DNA from: an uncultured candidate division Zixibacteria bacterium
GTDB lineage: Bacteria > Zixibacteria > MSB-5A5 > GN15 > FEB-12
Assembly (NCBI GenBank): GCA_963806185.1
Contig: CAWDXE010000007.1
Location: 256,001 to 320,000, forward strand
DNA: 64,000 nt
Reading direction: 5' to 3'
The position numbers and the translations under genes are program-made. Positions 1 through 10,346 of this stretch are shown piece after piece (the first letter of the stretch is position 1; the number at the start of each line of letters is the position of its first letter). The notes under the pieces are model-generated. The model searched no databases and was not told the DNA's origin. It saw nothing but the letters and a program-made list of their open reading frames with translations.

Positions 1-931
1 TAAAAGCAAGCCAGCGGCCGTCAGGTGACCAGGTGGGGGCTGATTCGATGGCCGGGGTGTTAGTCAGACGCTTGATAACCTTGCCCTTCAGGTCGAGAAT
101 GTACAGCTCGGAATTCCCATCTTTTGTCAACACACAGGCGAGCCGGTTGCCGTCGGGTGCGACCGCCGGCGCGGCGACTATGCCGGGGAAACTGGCGATC
201 TTGGTGACCTGCTTGGTCTGGATATTCACTTTGTACAGGTGTGGTTCACCGTCGAGATAGGAGGTGAAGTAGACTTCCTCTTTGGCGGGATGAAAAGTCG
301 GCGATATGTTGATGGAGCCGTTTTTGGTCAGCTGTTCCTCATTGGCGCCATCGTAGTCCGACATGTAGAGTTCTTTTCCCTTACTGTTGGAGCGGGCATA
401 AACGATCTTGGTACGGAATATGCCGGCGTCGCCGGTGAGTGTCTTGACGATCTCGTTGGCTATCTCGTGGGCCAGATCGCGCCACATGGTCCGGTTGTAC
501 TCGAGGTCGCCCTTGGCGAACTGCTGTTTGGTATTGGTGTCGAACAGCTTCCAGTAGACGTGCATGTTCGGGCCGGGGAATTCCGCCTCGAGACGCACGA
601 GTCGGGTGGCGCCGAGTCGCAGCCAGCCCATGAGATCAAGTTCCATGATCTCGTACGTCTTCAAGTAGAAGCTGTCGATGAGCACCAGCCGGAAATCGGC
701 GTAGAAGTCGAGATCTCTCCGCACCACACCGGTTATATCCTGCATGAGCATCGAGTCTTCATGCGAGATATATTGCAGCCCGATGTAATCCATATCGTCG
801 ACGCCGATAGGGGTAGCTTCAAACGTCCCGCGAATGGTGTCGAAATAAATGTGCTGGGACTCGTCAAATTGGTCCTGTGCCAGAGCTGCCGACCCGGCAA
901 TTAGGGCGAAAAGAAAAACGATATACTTCAT
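1..931 (-). CDS. tolB: Tol-Pal beta-propeller protein TolB (3' end runs off the window)
   Basis: Manual translation from ATG 931: signal peptide MKYIVFLFALIAGSAALAQ, then ..AHEIANEIVKTLTGDAGIFRTKIVY.., ELYMSDYDGANEEQLT and PD40-like repeats (APAVAPDG, APTWSPDG). Lies downstream of tolQRA. Not in the ORF track because it has no stop in the window. Confidence 0.9.
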   Translation of the reverse strand, partial: MKYIVFLFALIAGSAALAQDQFDESQHIYFDTIRGTFEATPIGVDDMDYIGLQYISHEDSMLMQDITGVVRRDLDFYADFRLVLIDSFYLKTYEIMELDLMGWLRLGATRLVRLEAEFPGPNMHVYWKLFDTNTKQQFAKGDLEYNRTMWRDLAHEIANEIVKTLTGDAGIFRTKIVYARSNSKGKELYMSDYDGANEEQLTKNGSINISPTFHPAKEEVYFTSYLDGEPHLYKVNIQTKQVTKIASFPGIVAAPAVAPDGNRLACVLTKDGNSELYILDLKGKVIKRLTNTPAIESAPTWSPDGRWLAF

Positions 932-948
932 GCGTTGCCTTACATCCT

Positions 949-1635
949 TCAAAACTGATTGGTAAACGGAATCCACATTCCGATAATTTCATCGCCGTAT
1001 TCACGCGGTAGCGGCGGAAAGGGTGCGGAGCGATAGACCGCATTCAAACACGCATCGTCAAACGCCCGGATACCCGATCCCTGATCGATTGTTGCCTGAA
1101 TTACTCTTCCCGAGCGAATAATCTGAAAGTGAATCACGCAGACCAGCTTCCCCTGGACGTCTACCGGGCTTTTGAAATTCGCATTCAACTTGTAAAAGGC
1201 CTGGTCGAACCAGTAATCGTACTGAAAATTTGGGTTGTCGGTCCTCGCTCCGGCAAACGGTGACCCGGCCGCTTCCTTGATTTCGGTAGAGCCCGTTGCT
1301 GTTCCCGCGACATCTTCAGCTCCTTCTTCCGGCGATTCGCGGTACGGTTTCTTCTCCTGCTTCTTCGGCTTTGCCTGTTCGGTCTTCTTTTTGGGCAGCG
1401 TCTTAGCGTCCGGCTGCTTTACCGGTACAGCCTTCTGGGGTGCGACTACCGCCTTTGGCACCGTAGGTGATGGAGGCACCGGCGTGGGCGGTGTCGGGGC
1501 CCGGAACGATGTCAGGCTGACATGAATCACTTCACCCGGATCAATCTTTGGCTTAACGCTGAACGGCATAGTAATTAAGGTCGCGGCTACGACGGCCAGA
1601 TGGAGCGCCACTGAATATGCGAATTCTCGTTTCAT
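949..1635 (-). CDS. tolA: TolA/TonB-family energy transducer
   Basis: N-terminal TM with SxxLH motif (YSVALHL), Pro/Lys-rich linker, TonB_C-like end (SGIRAFDDACLNAVYRSAPFPPLP). Between tolR and tolB. Confidence 0.8.
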   Translation of the reverse strand: MKREFAYSVALHLAVVAATLITMPFSVKPKIDPGEVIHVSLTSFRAPTPPTPVPPSPTVPKAVVAPQKAVPVKQPDAKTLPKKKTEQAKPKKQEKKPYRESPEEGAEDVAGTATGSTEIKEAAGSPFAGARTDNPNFQYDYWFDQAFYKLNANFKSPVDVQGKLVCVIHFQIIRSGRVIQATIDQGSGIRAFDDACLNAVYRSAPFPPLPREYGDEIIGMWIPFTNQF

Positions 1636-2072
1636 CGTCCCTGGTTGCGGGTGCGACGACCTGATTCCTGATGACCGGTCACCAAATTGATCTGATCGAT
1701 GCCCATTTCTTTTATACGTCCGATCACGGAAATAGCAACACCGTAAGCAATTGCCGAGTCGCTGCGAAGGTAAACCGTATTGGTGTTCTGCGACTTGAGT
1801 TCGTGTTTAAGCGCATCCTCGAACTTCTCCAAACGCGTCCACACGTCGTTGATATAGATGCCGCCCTTCTTATCTATTGTCAGAATGACCCCTTCAGCTT
1901 CCTCTTCCGGCACCGCCGTCCGCGTCTTGGGCAAATTGATTTCGATTCCCGACTGCAGGAGCGGCGCGGAAATCATGAAGATGATGAGCAGGACCAGTAC
2001 GACGTCTACCAGATTGGCGATATTGATGTCGGCCATCTGGTGATAGACGCGATGTCGCGGGCGGCGCATCAT
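1632..2072 (-). CDS. tolR: TolR/ExbD biopolymer transport protein
   Basis: INIANLVDVVLVLLIIFMISAP TM motif; YLRSD..YG in the C-terminal domain. Confidence 0.9.
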   Translation of the reverse strand: MMRRPRHRVYHQMADINIANLVDVVLVLLIIFMISAPLLQSGIEINLPKTRTAVPEEEAEGVILTIDKKGGIYINDVWTRLEKFEDALKHELKSQNTNTVYLRSDSAIAYGVAISVIGRIKEMGIDQINLVTGHQESGRRTRNQGR

Positions 2073-2789
2073 CTACCGGCTCTCTTTCTTCACCCGGGTA
2101 ATGAAATCAAGAATGAAGCTGAATGCCTGATCGCTGATCGCCTTGGTCCGGTTGTTGGCCCAGTTGAAAGCGATCACGGCGGGAATTGCCGCACCTAGAC
2201 CGATGATGGTGGCAAGCAGCGCCTCGGCAATGCCGGGAGCGACAATTGCCAACGATGCGGAGCCGCGCTCGCCAATTGACCAGAACGAATCCATGATACC
2301 GACAACCGTGCCGAGCAAACCGAGAAATGGAGCGGAGCTGGCCGTGGTGGCAAGAAAGACGCTTTTCTTTTCAAGCTTGCCGACCTCATCGGTGAGCGAC
2401 TTTTCCATGGTCATTTCAAGGATGTCGTAGTCCTTGTCGTCAAGGGTGTACCCTTGTGCGCTGCCTGGATTGCTGCCGCCGCGACGTTCGGCCAATTGCG
2501 TGACTTCGTCGTAACCGCTCGCAAAAATCTGGGCGAGGGGGGAACCGGCACATACTTTGGCCTGCCCCTGCGAATCAGACAGTCGTCCCGAACGGCGATA
2601 GAAGGTAAGAAACCGATCGGAATCGTGACGAATCGTGCGGAACTGCCGCCACTTGATAAGTATGATCATCCATGAAACTATGGACATAAGCACTAGGATG
2701 GAGATAATCACCAAGCCGAAGGCTGATGAGTCGCCGAGAATTTGCCAGACCGAACCGGTCAACGCCACAGGGGGTAAGCCATTGAACAT
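2073..2789 (-). CDS. tolQ: TolQ/ExbB/MotA proton-channel protein
   Basis: APFLGLLGTVVGIMDSF and VAPGIAEALLATIIGLGAAIPAV motifs. Confidence 0.92.
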   Translation of the reverse strand: MFNGLPPVALTGSVWQILGDSSAFGLVIISILVLMSIVSWMIILIKWRQFRTIRHDSDRFLTFYRRSGRLSDSQGQAKVCAGSPLAQIFASGYDEVTQLAERRGGSNPGSAQGYTLDDKDYDILEMTMEKSLTDEVGKLEKKSVFLATTASSAPFLGLLGTVVGIMDSFWSIGERGSASLAIVAPGIAEALLATIIGLGAAIPAVIAFNWANNRTKAISDQAFSFILDFITRVKKESR

Positions 2790-2955
2790 ACTGTTTTTAC
2801 GCTTTCGTGCCTCAATCGTTTACGCTCGCCGGACTATCGTTCCCGGCCGAATCAACAAAGTACCCCTGTCGCGACCCGGGGGTCAACAAAAACCACCCCT
2901 TTTGATACCCAAAGTTAAGGTTGATAATTCCCCGCTTTTCTCCGAGTTTTCGACT

Positions 2956-3201
2956 ATGAGAAAGATCATGTATCGCCTGCTCATCCTGGCGGGACTATTA
3001 GTGATCGGTCTTGGACTTTCGACTGGGGGGTGCAAGTCGAGCAGCAAGTCAAAAGATGATCACATGCCGGCGGCGGGTCATCCGGAAGAAGCGGCCGATT
3101 CCACTCGTCTGGACGCAGCGGAGGTCGACACGTTTCAGGAGGCGACGACGCATCCGGAGACCACCCAGTATCTACCGGCCGATACTGTCAGTCCGCGGTG
3201 A
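2956..3201 (+). CDS. Small hypothetical lipoprotein
   Basis: ATG 2956: MRKIMYRLLILAGLLVIGLGLSTGGC, a lipobox-like signal followed by a disordered acidic tail. Confidence 0.6.
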   Translation: MRKIMYRLLILAGLLVIGLGLSTGGCKSSSKSKDDHMPAAGHPEEAADSTRLDAAEVDTFQEATTHPETTQYLPADTVSPR

Positions 3202-3269
3202 GGTTTGTTGGCAATACCCCTCTCGACACGAAGAAGGGGTTGAGGTAATCAGAGTCCAATCGTCAGGAG

Positions 3270-4391
3270 CTAGTCTTCGATCATCTCCACATTTGCCCGG
3301 GGCACGATAGCTCGCTCACCTGTCTCCAGCTCAACTTCAAGCACACGCGCCGACGATTCCGATTGCAGTTTCTGCAGCGGTGAGGGGAGTTCGGTCACTT
3401 TGCCGAGCTGACCGAAATAAGGGTGCCGAATAATTCGAATCGGCGAACCAATCTTAAGTCCTTCGACCTGCCCGCCGTTGTCGGCGGCCAAAGCCTTTTC
3501 GGAGATCTTTGGAACGACGACTTCGGGTCGAATGACGCCGGCGCGAATCTGTGTGGCGCCATTAATACACGCCAGTTCGCCTTCATGCTTCTTCAACAAG
3601 TCGAATGTCTTGTGGGCCATGTTGATCTGGCCGAATCCTTCGGTGACCACCAGCGTGATGCCGATTTCCTCCGAGCCGGTGATGGCGACACCGATATCGT
3701 AGCCGAGGAAATCACGCAGGTCTTTATCGTCAAAGCCGCCGACGACAATCCCTTTGACGCCCAGTTCGATTGCCTTCTTGAGTGCGGGCGCTGTCACAAT
3801 CGAGCCTCCGACGACGATCTTTCCTTTCATCTCGGGGACGATGAGTTCCGGCGAGAGGATAGTCCTGGGATCAGCCGTCGCCACCTTGACGGGGCCGGAT
3901 ACCTCGCCGCCGATGCCGAAAATACCCTGCACGAACGACGCCTGGCAGGAAACGACCACACCCTCGTTGGGAATCACGCTGACCACCTCTCCGACGAGGT
4001 ACGCCTTCACCTCGACCGGAGTCGGTTCGGCTCGCTGCAGGACCTGGCCGGTAACATGCGAAATCGATTCAATTGTCCCATTAATCGTGGCGTTGCAGGA
4101 ATTCTTGAAGATGAACAACGTCGTCGACTGGGCAATGAGCTCGCCTTCCTTGATGGGATCGCCGGCCTTCTTCGTCATGTGCATGGCGATATCTTCCGGC
4201 GGAATGCCCAGTTTGTTGGCGACGTTTATGGGGACGACCGCGCCCGGAAGCAAAGTGCGCGCAACAACCGTGTCGGGCTGTACCTTGTCACCGACCTTGA
4301 CCAGCACGTCTCCCTTCAACGGGAGAATGCGGTTTTTCTTCACCAATATCTTCTCAGTTACTTTTAATCCAGGCGTATACGCGTGGCCCAT
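3270..4391 (-). CDS. Conserved hypothetical protein with barrel-sandwich hybrid motifs and a C-terminal KOW/SH3-like domain; GlmL-associated
   Basis: GDVLVKVGDKVQPDTVVA and KKAGDPIKEGELIA hybrid motifs; NGATQIRAGVIRPEV; C-terminal GLKIGSPIRIIRHPYFGQLGKV. Same strand as and close to the GlmL-like gene. Confidence 0.75.
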   Translation of the reverse strand: MGHAYTPGLKVTEKILVKKNRILPLKGDVLVKVGDKVQPDTVVARTLLPGAVVPINVANKLGIPPEDIAMHMTKKAGDPIKEGELIAQSTTLFIFKNSCNATINGTIESISHVTGQVLQRAEPTPVEVKAYLVGEVVSVIPNEGVVVSCQASFVQGIFGIGGEVSGPVKVATADPRTILSPELIVPEMKGKIVVGGSIVTAPALKKAIELGVKGIVVGGFDDKDLRDFLGYDIGVAITGSEEIGITLVVTEGFGQINMAHKTFDLLKKHEGELACINGATQIRAGVIRPEVVVPKISEKALAADNGGQVEGLKIGSPIRIIRHPYFGQLGKVTELPSPLQKLQSESSARVLEVELETGERAIVPRANVEMIED

Positions 4392-4420
4392 GGGGCTACC
4401 CTTTCTCTAACCGGGATGGG

Positions 4421-5167
4421 TTACTTGTTTGCTCTGCGGCGGCGAAGCCGGATAATCACGATGAGCAGAATCACAAACAGTCCGCTGTACGGAACCCAAT
4501 TCCATCTGGCTTTCTTCTTTTCCGGCTCGGCCTTGGTGACCTTTACTTCTTCCTTTGGCAGAGCGGATTGTATGTCGGTCGTGAACGATGCCACGATATC
4601 TTTGAATTCGGGAATGCTCTTGTCCATGAGGGAATCAGGCGCATAGAAAAAGAAATTCGCGATGCCCCGATCGTAGAACTTCATCACCATCAGGTTTCGC
4701 TTGACCGCCTGACCGCCTTCCGTCACCCGGCTGAGGACCGACATAGTATTGGTCGACGCGTCGAAGGTCGGCTGGTCGGACGCCAGGTTGGTGAGGAAGT
4801 TCCCTTGCGGCGCGTACTTGATGTCCTTGCCGAAGGTCTTCGACAATAATTCCTTAACCGAATCCACCTGCTTGGTGGACAGCGCGCCGACTGTATCCAC
4901 GGTGACTATGAGGTATTCGGCAGCATAGAAGGGGTTCGACGTCGCCGGGGCGAACACCGCCTCATACAGATACATTTCAGCGGTGGCCTGGTTTTGCTGC
5001 AAATAGTAATCGACTGTTCGAGTGTCGAGTCGGTCCCATCCCGCGGGATAGGTAATCGCGAACTTGCCGTTAAACGACACAAACGACTCGGCCGAAGCGC
5101 CCGCGGCGACCAACGTCACCAGAGCGACAATCAGGGACACGATGGCATAACGACTGGTACGTTTCAC
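4421..5167 (-). CDS. Hypothetical exported protein with C-terminal TM anchor and poly-Arg tail
   Basis: Sec signal ending ASA-E; C-terminus WNWVPYSGLFVILLIVIIRLRRRRANK. Gaps of 11 bp to glmL and 29 bp to the next gene. Confidence 0.7.
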   Translation of the reverse strand: MKRTSRYAIVSLIVALVTLVAAGASAESFVSFNGKFAITYPAGWDRLDTRTVDYYLQQNQATAEMYLYEAVFAPATSNPFYAAEYLIVTVDTVGALSTKQVDSVKELLSKTFGKDIKYAPQGNFLTNLASDQPTFDASTNTMSVLSRVTEGGQAVKRNLMVMKFYDRGIANFFFYAPDSLMDKSIPEFKDIVASFTTDIQSALPKEEVKVTKAEPEKKKARWNWVPYSGLFVILLIVIIRLRRRRANK

Positions 5168-5178
5168 AACTCGTCCTC

Positions 5179-7042
5179 TCAGCGCAGAATCACGCCGTCT
5201 TTGGCCGGATAAATGTCAAGTTCGACCATCCACTTGTTCAGGTAGGAGACGCGCTCCTGTTCGCTGAGCTGCGACAGGTCAAACGGGCGGCCCCGTCCGT
5301 CGAGAATGATCCCGACCACGCCGCCGTGAATCTCCTTCTCAACCTTTACGCCGTTGCCCAGACCGCAGTTGTAGCCACGCTCCGGCTCAAAGGTCGCTTT
5401 GCAGGTTTTCGGGAGGCCGTTGTCCTGCAGGCCCAGTTTGAACAGCTTCATTTCCAGATGATTGAGCGTGCCGCTCACGGTGCCGTCCGGCAGCTCGATC
5501 GTGTATTTCATGACCGGTCCCGGCTTCTTGCTCGTCCCCGCCGGCGCGATGCAGGTGCCCAGGTGGATGAGGCAGTCCTTTTCGAATACTTCCGTTGCCG
5601 CCTTCGGCTGTACCTCGGTCAGTACGCCGAGCTGCGGCATCATGAAGATCGAATCCACGGCGAGTCGGGTGACTCCTTCCGGCATGAAGGAGTCGATCAT
5701 CATGAGCGCCGATTGCTGGCGGCGCGGAGCGTGCGACAGCACGCCGCCTGAGCCGATGAGCATATCGAGGGTCATCATGTTCACAATCGTCGCGCCGGAA
5801 GCCGACTGCTCGAAAGCGTCGGCGATGGTACGCTGCTGCTGGACGCCCTTCAGCACCGAGGCAAAGCTCTTGTGCTGAATGAAGGCGAGGCGGAGCGCTT
5901 CCTTGGCGATCGCCTGTTCGAAAATCAGTTCTTCCATCGACTGCGGGATGGTGGTCGGGCGGATCATCTTGTTCTTGACTCGGTTGCGCAGGTCGCGTTC
6001 TTCCATGACAAACGGCACCCAACGCATCACCATCGGCAGGGTTGCTTCGGCGAAAACGTTTGAAATCGAGTACGACATCCCCAGGTTGGCCGACACCGTC
6101 CGGTTAAATACCGGCGTCTTGCCATCGGGGCGAAAGACCGAAAAAACGTCAGTCGTGGCGCCACCGATGTCGACGCCCACTGCTTCAATCTTATACTGTT
6201 CGGCGATGGTCTGAATGATCAATCCGACCGCGCCGGGAGTCGGCATAATCGGTGCGTCGGCCCAGTCCATCAACTTCTTGTAGCCAGGAGCCTGTGCCAT
6301 CACGTGTTCCATGAACAGTTCGTGGATTTCTTCGCGGGCCGGGCCGAGATTCTCGCGCTCCAGCACGGGGCGAAGGTTGTCGACCATGCGCAGATCAACT
6401 TTGGAAGAGAGCGTTTCCTTGACAGCGTCCCGGGCCTGGACATTTCCGGCGTAGATGATCGGTAGTTTATACCCCGTGCCGAGGCGGGGGCGGGGATCTG
6501 CCGCCGAAACCAGTTCGGCAATTTCGACCACGTGCGTGGTCGTGCCGCCGTCGATGCCGCCTGAAAGCAGTATCATGTCCGGGCGAAGATGGCGGATTCG
6601 CTCAATCTGCTGGTGGGGGAGACGTTTGTCGTTGGACGCGATCACGTCCATCACGATTGCTCCCGCGCCCAGGGCGGCGCGTTCGGCTGATTCGGCCGTC
6701 ATCGACCGGACCACACCGGCCACCATCATCTGCAGTCCTCCGCCGGCGGACGATGTCGAGATGAAAACGTCGGTGCCGGTTCGACCGCTGGCCGGACTGA
6801 TGAACTTGCCCTGCTCGTCGAGAATCTTGCGGCCGGATAAGTTCTTCGAGTTCAGCGACGGCGTTTAGTACGCCCATGGTTACATCTTCAAACGGCGCTT
6901 CGACCGTTGTCGGTGCCTCACCACGGGACACCAGCCGGTATTCGCCGTTTACGTATTCAATGAGGATTGCCTTGGTCGTCGTCGAGCCGCAGTCGGTGGC
7001 GACGATTACTTTGATATCGTTCTGGTTCGCAAACTTGGCCAT
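5179..7042 (-). CDS. glmL: Glutamate mutase L (GlmL/MutL, PF13941-type) ASKHA ATPase-like protein; one +1 frameshift near 6838
   Basis: Joined ORFs 6602..7042 and 5179..6729 give about 620 aa with ATDCGSTTTK, STSSAGGGLQMMVAG (restored across the shift), ILLSGGIDGG, GVDIGGATTDVFS, NRTVSANLGMSYS and IGSGGVLSHAP. Confidence 0.85.
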
Positions 7043-7460
7043 TCGAAATCCTGGCGTCGGTCGGACGCGTTATCTATTTGGGCCGCAACATGTTGGGCGG
7101 CAAGTCGTTCTGTCCTTTTCACTGTCAGGCGGCCAGTATAACATAGATGGCCCGACTTGTAAAGTGGCAAAATGGGAATGTGGAGTGAGGAGCCGGATGG
7201 GGAGAGCAGATGTCGCTCAGCGTTTGTCGCAGGAGGTTCATCGACGGTCACTTGGCACGGCCGCGTTAACACGGCAATCGGTTGCGGCCAGTTCGGTTTC
7301 CGGTGTCACGACGCCAGAGCTTCTTCAGTTCAAATCGTCCCCTGCCGATATCTTCTCTAACAGAGTTTACCGATCCATATTGGCATTGATTTTGCCCGGC
7401 GGATTACCTATACTTTTGCGTTAACTGCAGAACCGGGTACACTTTGAGGACACCTAAATA

Positions 7461-8360
7461 ATGAATACTATCTTCCATGACTCGTCGGTCGGCGATGATA
7501 TCCGTCGCCAACAGCTCTACCGGGGCCAGCTCTACGTATTTTCGCCGCGCCCATCGACCATCGCTCTTTGCGACTTCGCCAAACAGATGATAGTCGACGC
7601 CTTTAAGCCGCTCGATCCGCGTACCGCCCAGTTTGACATGCCGGTCGAGACATACGCCGCGCTGCTGGCCGACTTCAAGCCGAAATTCATTCATCACCCG
7701 GAATCAAAAAGACTGCTTCAAGCGGTGCTCCGCGAGTTCGGCTGCGACCTGCAGCAGACCTATTTCGACGTCCCCCGCATTCGGACCTCGACCTCGGATA
7801 ACTACCTGACTACCGGTATCGCTTACGCTTTCCATCCGCACCGTGACACTTGGTACTCGGCGCCGCAATTCCAATTGAACTGGTGGTTGCCGGTTTTTGA
7901 CATCGTGCCGGAAAACGGCCTGGCCTTTCATCCCAAATACTGGTACACGCCGCTCAAGAACAGCTCTCGCGTCTACAATTACGCCGAGTGGAACAAGACC
8001 AGCCGCCAGAACGCCGCCCAGCATATCAAAGTTGATACGCGCGTCCAGCCGAAGCCGGAAGAAACAGTAGAACTCGATCCGCAGATCCGACCCATTTGTC
8101 CGCCCGGTGGATTGATATTGTTTTCGGCAGCGCACCTGCACTCGAGCGTGCCGAATACGTCGGGCTATACTCGCGTGAGCATAGATTTCCGCACCGTGCA
8201 TCTGGGCGACGCCGCGAACGGGATCGGCGCGCCGAATATCGATTCGCTGTGCACCGGCACGACCATGGCCGACTATCTGCGGGCGACTGATCTCGCGCAC
8301 ATCCCGGAAGAGGTCATTCGAAAATACGATACGCCTCCGCCGGCGTCGGTGGCGTCATAA
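7461..8360 (+). CDS. Putative Fe(II)/2-oxoglutarate dioxygenase-fold protein (PhyH-like)
   Basis: HxD motif (FHPHRDTWY); distal H and R (FSAAHLHSSVPNTSGYTRVSIDFR); RBS GAGGA upstream. Confidence 0.65.
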   Translation: MNTIFHDSSVGDDIRRQQLYRGQLYVFSPRPSTIALCDFAKQMIVDAFKPLDPRTAQFDMPVETYAALLADFKPKFIHHPESKRLLQAVLREFGCDLQQTYFDVPRIRTSTSDNYLTTGIAYAFHPHRDTWYSAPQFQLNWWLPVFDIVPENGLAFHPKYWYTPLKNSSRVYNYAEWNKTSRQNAAQHIKVDTRVQPKPEETVELDPQIRPICPPGGLILFSAAHLHSSVPNTSGYTRVSIDFRTVHLGDAANGIGAPNIDSLCTGTTMADYLRATDLAHIPEEVIRKYDTPPPASVAS

Positions 8361-8569
8361 GCATTCTCATAGGTCGACGGTGGCTTCTTTGCCGAAATCG
8401 GCAGAGAAGCCGCCCATTCTTCGTCGCTCTGCCTACTGCTCTTCAGTTTTGATTCTGCTGATAATCGTTGACCCTGTTCCGCACAACCCGTTTATTGCCC
8501 CCAAGCATTTATTCACCCGGTACTGTTGTAGTTCGCGCGAGCCGAAGGATTTGGAAGAGGTATTACGAA

Positions 8570-9517
8570 ATGGAATTTCATTCGATTGGTCAATCTGATC
8601 TTCGCGTTGCCCGACTCGCCTTCGGCGGAAATGTCTTTGGCTGGACGGTTGATCAGACGACCTCCTTTGAATTGCTCGACGCGTTTGTCGATGCCGGCTT
8701 CAATCTGATCGATACGGCCGACGTTTATGCGACCTGGCTCCCGGCCGGCACCGGCGGCGAGTCGGAGACGATTATCGGGCGCTGGATGAAAGCGCGCCGC
8801 AATCGCGACAAAGTGATCATCGCCACCAAGGTCGGGCACGAGTTGTCGCCTGAAAAGAAGGGACTGGCCAAGGAGTACGTCATGCAGGCCGTGGAAGACT
8901 CTCTCCGACGACTGCAGACTGATTATATTGACTTGTATCAGGCGCATAAGGATGACCCGGTTGCTCCGCAGGAAGAGTCTCTGGCGGCTTTTGATCAATT
9001 GGTGAAACGGGGGAAGGTGCGGGTGATAGGCGCATCGAATTTTAAGGCCGAGCGGCTGGCGAGCGCCCTTGCGATCAGTGAAGAAAAGCACTACCCCAGG
9101 TACCAGTGCCTGCAACCGTGTTACAATTTATACGACCGAGTCGACTTCGAGGGCGAGCTCGAGGCGCTCTGTCTTGAGAAACAGATCGGCGTGATCCCAT
9201 ACTTCTCTCTCGGCGCCGGTTTCTTAACCGGCAAGTACAGATCCGAGTCCGATTTGTCGCAGAGTCCTCGCGGGACACGGGTGAAAAAATATCTGAACGA
9301 GCGCGGCTTCCGCATCCTGGCGGCCCTGGATGAGGTGGCAGCCGAGACGTCGGCCTCTCCCAGTCAGGTGGCCATTGCCTGGCTTTTGACGCGCCCGAGT
9401 GTTACGGCGCCGATTGCCAGCGCCACGACCATGGCCCAGCTCAAGAGCCTCATCGGGGCAACCCGGTTGCGACTCACTCCGGATCAGGTGAACCGCCTCA
9501 CTCAGGCCGGTGCCTGA
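8570..9517 (+). CDS. Aldo/keto reductase
   Basis: GFNLIDTADVY, IATKVG, SLRRLQTDYIDLYQAH, GKVRVIGASNF. Confidence 0.95.
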   Translation: MEFHSIGQSDLRVARLAFGGNVFGWTVDQTTSFELLDAFVDAGFNLIDTADVYATWLPAGTGGESETIIGRWMKARRNRDKVIIATKVGHELSPEKKGLAKEYVMQAVEDSLRRLQTDYIDLYQAHKDDPVAPQEESLAAFDQLVKRGKVRVIGASNFKAERLASALAISEEKHYPRYQCLQPCYNLYDRVDFEGELEALCLEKQIGVIPYFSLGAGFLTGKYRSESDLSQSPRGTRVKKYLNERGFRILAALDEVAAETSASPSQVAIAWLLTRPSVTAPIASATTMAQLKSLIGATRLRLTPDQVNRLTQAGA

Positions 9518-9715
9518 CCGTCGCCAGTCGACGCTCTGACCAATTGTTCGTGTCTCGCGAGCGCGGAGCCCGCAGTGTGCATTGTTTGAACACAAACGGA
9601 TGGCGCTCCCATGGCGTGTTTCGCGAATTCGCTTTTCCGAATGGCCGAGCGTATCAAGCTTTAGAATCGTTACCCGATATATTTAAGAGTCGCTTACGGC
9701 GTAATAGAGAGGCGT

Positions 9716-10294
9716 ATGCACCGTTCTGAATCTGACAAGATAACCATTAGACGTGGATTTGTCGCCATTACGACCCTGGCCATCCTACTCTACGCGAGCG
9801 CACCACAGCTCACTACCGCACAATCGTCCGACAACGACAGTTACAAGGGCGACTTCATTGTCAAACTGCCGAATTACGTCGAGTGGCCCGCGGGAAAAGG
9901 GCCCGACGCTTCAGGTGCGGTAACGATTGGGGTGATCGGTACGCCAAGTTGCCTGGGGCAATTGAAGACTGCCGCTGCCGCACGGACCGCTGAGGGAAAG
10001 AAGACCGAGGTCAAATCGCTGGCGATTGGCGACAATTATGCGGGGTGCCAGATCATCTTCTTCCAGACCTGTGACAAGGCCGAGTTGGCACAGATACTCA
10101 AGAAAGCCGGCGTTCTGCCGGTTCTCACCGTAGCCGATTGCGCCGGATTCGCCAAATTCGGCGTGATGTTGAGCTTCTTCGAAGAAACCGTCGACGGCAA
10201 GCCGAAAGTAAGGTTCGAAGTGAACACACTGGCCGTGGGCGATGCCCAACTCAAGATAAATTCAAATCTCCTCAAGCTGGCGAAGATCATATAA
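9716..10294 (+). CDS. YfiR-family (DUF4154) periplasmic regulator
   Basis: Signal peptide; [32 protein letters not shown] and VRFEVN..A...[11 protein letters not shown], all typical of YfiR. Confidence 0.85.
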   Translation: MHRSESDKITIRRGFVAITTLAILLYASAPQLTTAQSSDNDSYKGDFIVKLPNYVEWPAGKGPDASGAVTIGVIGTPSCLGQLKTAAAARTAEGKKTEVKSLAIGDNYAGCQIIFFQTCDKAELAQILKKAGVLPVLTVADCAGFAKFGVMLSFFEETVDGKPKVRFEVNTLAVGDAQLKINSNLLKLAKII

Positions 10295-10346
10295 CGGGGC
10301 GATGACCGACCGGCAACGAGGCCACGACGTAAGAAAGGCGCGGGTC

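Noticed and set aside
239..904. 221-aa plus-strand ORF and other long antisense ORFs (3423..4367, 26818..27825, 27912..29246, 30340..31317, 34048..35121)
   Set aside because: They are shadow frames opposite well-supported genes in GC-rich DNA and have no recognisable motifs.
5179..7042. DNA mismatch-repair MutL, or evidence of a glutamate fermentation pathway
   Set aside because: The motifs are ASKHA-type, not GHKL, and no mutase or methylaspartase genes are in the window.
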